34,632 nucleotides of DNA from Methanobacteriota archaeon (GTDB lineage Archaea > Thermoplasmatota > Poseidoniia > Poseidoniales > Poseidoniaceae): the NCBI GenBank assembly GCA_018623995.1, contig JAAZUV010000002.1, positions 1 to 34,632 on the forward strand, in the 5' to 3' direction. The translations under genes were made by a program, and so were the position numbers. Under the pieces are notes generated by a model. That model worked only from the letters and a program-made list of their open reading frames with translations. It was not told the origin of the DNA and did no database searches. This document shows, in pieces, positions 9,766 to 15,646 of the stretch (position 1 is the stretch's first letter; every line of letters starts with the position of its first letter).

Positions 9766-10773
9766 TCAGTCGTCTCGATCCTTGCCTTGATAGCGTCGAG
9801 GACGAATGGGTTGAGGTCCTCGGTTGTGTGCATGGCCTGGCCGTTTTCCTCGAGCTTTTCGATAACGCTCATTTGGACGCTCATCGTTGTGATCACGGCT
9901 TGGACGACCTCGTCCAGAGTCACGTCGATCATCACGACCGTCTCTGTTCCCGCCGAATCCACGGCCTCCGTCGCGCCTTCCGCCACGTCGATCTGAATCC
10001 CTTCCACGACCTCCGTCGCGGCTTCCACCACGTCGGTCTGAATCTCTTCCACGACCTCCACCGAATCCACGGCCTCCGTCACGGCTTCCACCGCGTCGGT
10101 CTGAATCTCTACCACCTCGTTGACCACGGTCTGAAAAGCCTCCACGAGACCGTCCATGGCCGCCGCCAGGCTTTGGCTTTCCACAACTGTTGCATTCCGT
10201 TCGGAATGAGAAGTTAATGTTGCCACATGAGGGGCATTCCCAATCGTTGCGTCCATGACGTTCCTGTTGAGGTCGGTCTCGACGATTGTTTGAGCGGTTA
10301 TTGTCTCTGAAGGAGGATTTGTAGGCTTTGACATTCCCTTCTTTGGCTTTGCCACAACTGTTGCATTCCGTTCTCCAGGAGAAATTGACATTGTTGCAAG
10401 CAGCACAAACCCAGTCGTCTTTTTGTTCGTCATTCCTTCGACGATTGTCTCGACGATCAAAAGAGCGGTCGTCACGACGTTGAGGTCGATCGCTGCGTTG
10501 CTCTCGACGAGGACGTTCTTCACGTTCTTTCTTTGCTCGAATGGTTACAATAGCACCGATGAATGCATCGTTGTCTTGCTTCCGATCAAGATGCGCGACA
10601 TGTGCAAGAGGGGCTTCGGTCGAGCCAAGAACTGCGTCGACCTTACCAATGTAGTGCCCATCTTCCTCTCGGACGATGATGGAGCCAAGAGCTGGTGAAG
10701 AGCCACTAAAGGTGAGAAGTAAACCACCCTCGTGGCTTGTACGGTCTACAGTACCTCGAAACATGTCCCTCAA
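9766..10773 (-). CDS. Gar1-like (H/ACA RNP) core fused to two RanBP2-type zinc fingers and an RGG/GAR repeat region
   Basis: 335 aa. Residues 1-80 resemble archaeal Gar1 (G.V....GLLL......P.LGS.V......YIGKVDAVLGS.E.P...V......IGA.V.I). Two exact W-x-C-x2-C-x3-N-x6-C-x2-C fingers are present: WVCAACNNVNFSWRTECNSC (10354-10413) and WECPSCGNINFSFRTECNSC (10183-10242). An RGG-rich region lies at 9904-10167 with three RDSDRRGG(S/R)RDGGRG units. Confidence 0.8.
   Translation of the reverse strand: MRDMFRGTVDRTSHEGGLLLTFSGSSPALGSIIVREEDGHYIGKVDAVLGSTEAPLAHVAHLDRKQDNDAFIGAIVTIRAKKEREERPRREQRSDRPQRRDDRSFDRRDNRRRNDEQKDDWVCAACNNVNFSWRTECNSCGKAKEGNVKAYKSSFRDNNRSNNRRDRPQQERHGRNDWECPSCGNINFSFRTECNSCGKPKPGGGHGRSRGGFSDRGQRGGRDSDRRGGSRDGGRGFGGGRGRDSDRRGGSRDGGRGRDSDRRGGRRDGGRGFGGNRDGRDDRRDSGRGRPSRDHNDERPNERYRKARGKRPGHAHNRGPQPIRPRRYQGKDRDD
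9959..10110 (-). repeat. in-frame 45-bp tandem repeat (3 units, third separated by an 18-bp insert) encoding RDSDRRGGSRDGGRG
   Basis: Plus-strand units are at 9959-10003, 10004-10048 and 10067-10110 (ccacg[g/a]cctccgtc.cg.cttcc.cc.cgtcg.tctgaatc.ct). The repeat lies inside the Gar1-like CDS. Confidence 0.85.
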
Positions 10774-10809
10774 CCCTACGTGCCTTGCAACTGCGTTTGA
10801 GTCTGTTGG

Positions 10810-12726
10810 TCAATCTCGGCGTGATGAAACCCATCCTGCTGCAACCAATCCAATCATCAGCGTAGCAAGGAGTCCTGGAGCAGGAAGGATGTTCCCGCCC
10901 TCATCTTCGCTGTTGGTTGTGGTTGAATCGCCACCTGAATCTGTGCCTCCAGCGTTCGGATCAATCACATCGATGCTCAAAGTGGTCGATGCACCAGACT
11001 CATCGGTTGCAACAATAACCACATTGTATGGTGATTCGACGTTGTTCTGGATGCAGTTGGCAATGGAGACTTGAATTTCCCATGCGAGATTGTCTCGATT
11101 GAAATTCGATGTTTGGCCGTTGCAGATGCTCAAGACCATGCTCACATCTTGACCATCAGGATCGATGACGTTTCCATTGAGCGTAAATTTCAGTCCATCG
11201 AGTTCCCACTCAGCCTCTTGACCCTGAAGATTGGTATCAATTGTAATCGTTGGAGGTGTGTTTGCCTTTTCAATGCCCAGATCAAGCATGAAGTTGTAAT
11301 CCAACATCCCATTGGCGGTGGCTGAACCCATGATCATGACTTCGCCAGGTGCAAGGCCAGACATCGACAACGAGAGAACCGTGAAGGCCCCTTGAGCCAC
11401 CGCAGTCGTTTCCGAGCCCATAGCGGACATTTGATGTGCGTGAGCTGTTACAGTTAGGCTTTGAACAAGGTCGGTTGGTGCAACAGTGAATTCGATTTGG
11501 TCACCGTCACTTGACACTGCTGCAGAGGCGTCCATGACCTTGCCGAAGGTGTAGTTGCGGTGTTCAACGGTTTCTGCGCCAAATGCATCGACGCCAGCAC
11601 ACTGTCCTACGGCTGAATCACCGTTTGCAGTAACGTACAACGCAGCGTTTTCATCCATGCGAACATCCCAGCCAGCATCGACGAAATTACATTGCAAACT
11701 CCATCCGCTCTCGTCGGTCACCCACGTACCTGCATCTTCGCTTGCAAGCATCTCTCCGTTGGTTGTTCCAACTGGGATGATGGTCCCTTCAGCGGGTGCA
11801 AGTGCGGTCCAAACAGGGTCCTCGTTGGTGAACGGTGCCATGGTCGTAAAGTCAACAAACAGATTACGGACCATTGGATAGGAACCGAGCGGGTAATCGA
11901 CATCAGCGACGATGCGCAATCGTCCGTCAGGCAGGAATTCGCTCTCTGGTACTGCAAGTGCTTCGTTGAGAACTCCGTCGTCATAGAAGCCCATTTCAGC
12001 AACACGTAGTCCTTGTTCGACCGGGAAGGTCATGATCAAGCGTGCATCGGTGATGTTGGTGATGTTCATGGCGAGTGTAAAGTTCGAACTACCTTGGTTC
12101 GGAAGCTGGTCAAAACGCACATTGTTGTTCTCATTTTCAGCAATAAGCAGATGAATTTCCAGATCGTCCGTCACTGTGACCGGGACCTCCTTGCATCCTG
12201 CATCTGAAAGTGGGCTACTGCATGATCGCTCTTGCTCGTGACCGGTTGGAACGAGGTTGACTTCATCGAGTGCAATTCCGTCCTCCACGAATTCAAGATC
12301 GTTCCAGTCCACGTTTCCTCGATGTGCAAGCCCTTCACGAATACCGAGTCGGGTTTCCATGTCGGCGATACACTTTGGTCCGATGGAGCGAACAGCTTCT
12401 CGCTCGTCGGTTGAAATCCAGTCATCGTCACCACCAGGGACGCCCTCAAACAGACCATCCAAATTGTCTCGGACAACAGCGGATTTGCTGCCGTTCACCC
12501 ATGCTCTCGCATCCATGACCCCAGTAGCCCAATCGTCGTTCACATCGAGCGTGAAGAGAGCGAAATCGTATTCGAAGAGGTCTTCGAACGTGTAGCCACT
12601 GCAATCAACATCGAGGCTACCTTGACGTCCAGATGTTGTCTGAACAGGTTCGCTTTCATCCAAAGTGGACATTTCAATCGACGGACTCACGAGGGCTAGA
12701 AGCATCATGATGAGGACGGGTATCAT
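10810..12726 (-). CDS. secreted/cell-surface protein with C-terminal PGF-CTERM-like anchor (hypothetical)
   Basis: 638 aa. Signal-like N-terminus MIPVLIMMLLALVSPSIEMS. An Ig/cadherin-like C-terminal module is present (..NGNVIDPDGQDVSM...VVIVATDESGASTTLSIDVIDPN). A G/S/T/D linker is followed by LPAPGLLATLMIGLVAAGWVSSRRD-stop. Confidence 0.8.
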   Translation of the reverse strand: MIPVLIMMLLALVSPSIEMSTLDESEPVQTTSGRQGSLDVDCSGYTFEDLFEYDFALFTLDVNDDWATGVMDARAWVNGSKSAVVRDNLDGLFEGVPGGDDDWISTDEREAVRSIGPKCIADMETRLGIREGLAHRGNVDWNDLEFVEDGIALDEVNLVPTGHEQERSCSSPLSDAGCKEVPVTVTDDLEIHLLIAENENNNVRFDQLPNQGSSNFTLAMNITNITDARLIMTFPVEQGLRVAEMGFYDDGVLNEALAVPESEFLPDGRLRIVADVDYPLGSYPMVRNLFVDFTTMAPFTNEDPVWTALAPAEGTIIPVGTTNGEMLASEDAGTWVTDESGWSLQCNFVDAGWDVRMDENAALYVTANGDSAVGQCAGVDAFGAETVEHRNYTFGKVMDASAAVSSDGDQIEFTVAPTDLVQSLTVTAHAHQMSAMGSETTAVAQGAFTVLSLSMSGLAPGEVMIMGSATANGMLDYNFMLDLGIEKANTPPTITIDTNLQGQEAEWELDGLKFTLNGNVIDPDGQDVSMVLSICNGQTSNFNRDNLAWEIQVSIANCIQNNVESPYNVVIVATDESGASTTLSIDVIDPNAGGTDSGGDSTTTNSEDEGGNILPAPGLLATLMIGLVAAGWVSSRRD

Positions 12727-12772
12727 GTTTGGACGAGACCAACAACGTTCATCAATGCTTGGTTAAGAACAG

Positions 12773-13603
12773 TCAAGGAACAAGCCGATTCAGTCGACGC
12801 TGGAACAGGTAGACCGGTACAATTGTCCATAGGATGGCAGCAAAGTAAGCGCCAAGTGCTGAAACACCTCGATCAACCCCGTCCAATCGGGTCTCCAAAA
12901 GGTGATGATAGACTCCGTTCGGAGAAAGCAAATCCAAGCGCCCCTCAAACACGAGGTATCCTTGATCTTGAGTGTCGCCAACTGCAACGCCGTTCAATGC
13001 AGCGAGAAGTGTCGTGAACAGGACCCAGAGCAATGTGAACAAGAACCACAGGCCGATTGAAAATGCAATGGCAGAGCCTTGTTCCTTGGCAATACTTGAT
13101 GCGAGCAGGGCGAAGACAGTGTACCACAGAAGAATTAACATCGCTGCAACGATGTAGATCAGGGCATCACCAAACGGCATCCACATACCGCTTCGATATC
13201 CTACAAGCATCATGGATGCAGCCAAAAGAACTGCCACAGGAAGCGCAATGCTGCTCCAATGGCCAAACATGAGGACAACACCTTGTCTCCATCGTGGCAT
13301 TGGTTGGGAAAGGCGGACTTCGAGAACACCGCTCACACGATCTCGGCTTATTCCATCGTGAGCGATGAGGACGGCAGCCATCGTCCCAGCAAAGACGATA
13401 CCAATGCTTGCAAGGAACATGACTTCCGTTCCGTTCTTTGGAAGCTGTTCTGCTGGAAGCTGAATGTTTGGGTCTGCGAAACCCCAAGCCATTCCTGGAA
13501 TGAACAACAAAAGAATCGGCAGCATGATCAACATCCGTGTCGACAACATTCGTTGCTTACTGAGAGCAAACGCAAGCCGCCACATTCGTTTGGATGGTGT
13601 CAT
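12773..13603 (-). CDS. ABC-2 type transporter permease
   Basis: 276 aa with six hydrophobic segments, typical of ABC-2/NosY-like permeases. Its ATG overlaps the stop of the upstream ATPase gene (ATGA, 13600-13603). Confidence 0.8.
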   Translation of the reverse strand: MTPSKRMWRLAFALSKQRMLSTRMLIMLPILLLFIPGMAWGFADPNIQLPAEQLPKNGTEVMFLASIGIVFAGTMAAVLIAHDGISRDRVSGVLEVRLSQPMPRWRQGVVLMFGHWSSIALPVAVLLAASMMLVGYRSGMWMPFGDALIYIVAAMLILLWYTVFALLASSIAKEQGSAIAFSIGLWFLFTLLWVLFTTLLAALNGVAVGDTQDQGYLVFEGRLDLLSPNGVYHHLLETRLDGVDRGVSALGAYFAAILWTIVPVYLFQRRLNRLVP

Positions 13604-13617
13604 TCTTCCTCACCACC
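13600..13617 (-). promoter_or_regulatory. Shine-Dalgarno plus stop/start overlap (translational coupling junction)
   Basis: The minus strand reads GGTGGTGAGGAAGAATGA (GGEEE-stop of the ABC-2 ATPase, with the ATG of the permease inside). It matches the phnC/phnE-like junction at 17 of 18 positions. Confidence 0.7.
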
Positions 13618-14610
13618 CACTGTTCGGAACGGTATCATGCTGCTTTGTTCAACATCCATTCCGATGGTTTCCCGATCCATCCCTGTTGCTGCGCAAAGCA
13701 GTTCGATGAGCGTTGGAGGTACAACTCTCCAGGTTGAAATTGTATGATTGTTCTTCACGAGTGTCTCGAGAAGGTCATGATGGCCCGATTCGATGACATA
13801 GCGATGTTGTCTTTCGGATTCGATGTGTTCGAGAACGTTCATTGCGTCGAGAAGTTCTTGCTCGATTTGCCGATCGAGAACGATTTCAGTCATTTGTTCA
13901 AAGCCAAGATTGGCTCGAAGTGAATCGGTTGTGCCATGAGCGAGCAGTTGGCCACGGTGAAGCAATGCAATGGTGTCAACGAGGTGATCAAGTTCTGCGA
14001 GATGATGGCTTGAAACGATGATCGAGATGCCTTTGTTTGCTAACGAGCGAAGCAAACGTTTGAACGCATCAATTGCAACTGGATCCATGCCATTGAATGG
14101 TTCATCGAGGACGAGAACACGTGGCGTTCCAAGCAAAGCAACGCCCAATGAAAGCCGTTGCCTCATACCTTGACTCAATGAATCAAGGGTAGAATCCATT
14201 CGATTTTTGAGTCCCACAACGGCAAGAACATCGAGTGCAGATTGAACCGAGCAGCCACGCAAGTGTGCAAATTCAGTCATCGTTCGACGAATGGTTCCTT
14301 GACTCGACCATCGGACTTGTTCAGGCATGAATCCGACCAAGGAACGTAAAGCATCGCTGTCCATTACGCTATCATGGCGTTTCACCGTTCCTTCTTCGAG
14401 CGGGAGGATGCCGCTGATCATCCGCAAGAGTGTGGTTTTTCCAGCACCGTTTGTTCCTACTAAGCCAATGATGCTTCCTTCCGGAATGGAAAGATCGACG
14501 TGGGTGATTCCCGCTCCTTTTCGTTTTTTGAACGGATTGTACCATGCAGGATTTGGAATTTGGTGGCGATATCCGATGGAGTCAAACTGCATCGCATCGT
14601 CATCCCCCAT
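13600..14610 (-). CDS. ABC transporter ATP-binding protein (ABC-2 exporter type, with C-terminal extension)
   Basis: 336 aa. Walker A GTNGAGKTT, signature LSQGMRQRL, Walker B VLVLDEPFNGMD, H-loop SSHHL, and a roughly 100-aa C-terminal domain ending GGEEE. Confidence 0.9.
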   Translation of the reverse strand: MGDDDAMQFDSIGYRHQIPNPAWYNPFKKRKGAGITHVDLSIPEGSIIGLVGTNGAGKTTLLRMISGILPLEEGTVKRHDSVMDSDALRSLVGFMPEQVRWSSQGTIRRTMTEFAHLRGCSVQSALDVLAVVGLKNRMDSTLDSLSQGMRQRLSLGVALLGTPRVLVLDEPFNGMDPVAIDAFKRLLRSLANKGISIIVSSHHLAELDHLVDTIALLHRGQLLAHGTTDSLRANLGFEQMTEIVLDRQIEQELLDAMNVLEHIESERQHRYVIESGHHDLLETLVKNNHTISTWRVVPPTLIELLCAATGMDRETIGMDVEQSSMIPFRTVGGEEE

Positions 14611-14643
14611 GCTACGGCTTAGAAGGCATATGTCTCAAATGCT

Positions 14644-15585
14644 TTGTTTTTGGTAACCATATCCCAAACGCATATGACCGATTCATCCTGTTCGTTGAGC
14701 ATGGGGATGGCCATTGATACGATTGGCTTCCTCCTTGTTCTCGTTTCGATTCCGCTCGCTTTTGGTATTCTAAGACTTGTTACCAAGAACGAATCAATCG
14801 AATTCGTATCGTTCATTGGTCAACGTTCAACATTGTACGCATTCGCAGGACTGGTTCTCTTGCTCGTCATCCCTTACGGTGCGTTCGTTGTTCTGCCAAT
14901 CATCGTTGCTCTCTCATTTGCAAGTCCAGCAGGGCGTCTGGATTGGGCTGAGTTTCGTAATCGGCGTATCCTGGCTGGATTGCTGGTATTGTTGATGCTC
15001 GGAGCTTCTGGATTCATGCCCACTGACGCTCCACGCGCGCCGGAAGAATGGGGTGAACCGTTTGCAACGGAGAACCCCTACGCACCGGCTTGGCCCAGCA
15101 GTCAGCAGTATACTTGGGTATTTGTTGAACCAATGGATCCAACCAATTTTGAAGTTGTTCAGAGTCTTGTTCTTCGAACTCCCCATCAACACAATCCCTT
15201 CCTGCAAGTCGAATCATCGATTTGGATTTCATCGTTGCTTGGCTTGCAGGAGTCGAGAATGCGTCAAGCGATTGACTTGGTTGATGAACGAGTCCCAATC
15301 CGAATCGATAGCGAAGCCTTCCGACTTGATCAGAAAGGCGATGCACAATCGCACACGTTCCGACCAAGCTCTGGTGATGTTGAACTCAACGTTTGGGTCT
15401 ATGACTGCTATACAACCTCTGGAACGGATCCTGAAGGGACGAACGTTGGCGAAGTTGTCGTTGTTGGACAATCCAACTGGGGAGGAACGGTTGAGTTGTT
15501 GGTCATCGTCCGGCCATTTTTCCATGATGGTCTCACCACTGATCCATATGCAGAATCTCTTGTCAACGCATGGATTGATGTATAG
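14644..15585 (+). CDS. hypothetical membrane protein
   Basis: 313 aa in the track (TTG 14644). More likely starts are ATG 14674 or ATG 14701. It has three to four N-terminal TM segments (IGFLLVLVSIPLAFGILRL, LYAFAGLVLLLVIPYGAFVVLPIIVALSF, ILAGLLVLLMLGASGF) followed by a soluble domain. Divergent from the ABC-2 operon. Confidence 0.7.
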   Translation: MFLVTISQTHMTDSSCSLSMGMAIDTIGFLLVLVSIPLAFGILRLVTKNESIEFVSFIGQRSTLYAFAGLVLLLVIPYGAFVVLPIIVALSFASPAGRLDWAEFRNRRILAGLLVLLMLGASGFMPTDAPRAPEEWGEPFATENPYAPAWPSSQQYTWVFVEPMDPTNFEVVQSLVLRTPHQHNPFLQVESSIWISSLLGLQESRMRQAIDLVDERVPIRIDSEAFRLDQKGDAQSHTFRPSSGDVELNVWVYDCYTTSGTDPEGTNVGEVVVVGQSNWGGTVELLVIVRPFFHDGLTTDPYAESLVNAWIDV

Positions 15586-15636
15586 TTTTAGGGTGGCCTA
15601 AAATTATATACTACATAGTTTTAGGGCAACCGAAAA
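15582..15636 (+). promoter_or_regulatory. two operator-like palindromic direct repeats flanking a TATA-like box upstream of the transferrin-like ABC operon
   Basis: ATAGTTTTAGGG occurs exactly twice (15582-15593 and 15615-15626), 33 bp apart. Repeat 1 contains a perfect inverted repeat, TTTTAGG-GTGG-CCTAAAA (15586-15603). Repeat 2 is TTTTAGG-GCAA-CCGAAAA (15619-15636, one mismatch). TTATATA sits between them at 15604-15610. GGAGAG (15638-15643) precedes ATG 15647. Confidence 0.55.
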
Positions 15637-15646
15637 CGGAGAGATA

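Noticed and set aside
9959-10110. Regular 45-bp direct repeats that could be mistaken for a small CRISPR array or satellite
   Set aside because: The units are contiguous with no unique spacers and are in frame within a CDS. They encode the RDSDRRGGSRDGGRG peptide repeat.
9720-10523. 267-aa ORF on the minus strand overlapping the Gar1-like gene in another frame
   Set aside because: It lies entirely inside the repeat-rich, stop-poor RGG/ZnF coding region. Its translation (V/E/T/A-rich) has no motifs, while the 9766-10773 frame gives exact zinc-finger consensus matches. It is a compositional artefact.
13259-13747. 162-aa plus-strand ORF antisense to the ABC-2 permease/ATPase junction
   Set aside because: The minus-strand genes have clear TM and Walker motifs and a coupled junction. 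The antisense product has no recognisable features.
14626-14676. AAnGCATATG repeated 44 bp apart in the divergent region between the ABC-2 operon and the membrane-protein gene
   Set aside because: The repeat is short, 7-bp exact. The second copy simply contains a candidate ATG start (14674). Evidence for an operator is insufficient.
15053-15601. 182-aa alternative-frame ORF within the 14644-15585 membrane-protein gene
   Set aside because: It is on the same strand and out of frame, with no independent start signals. The annotated frame gives consistent TM helices.
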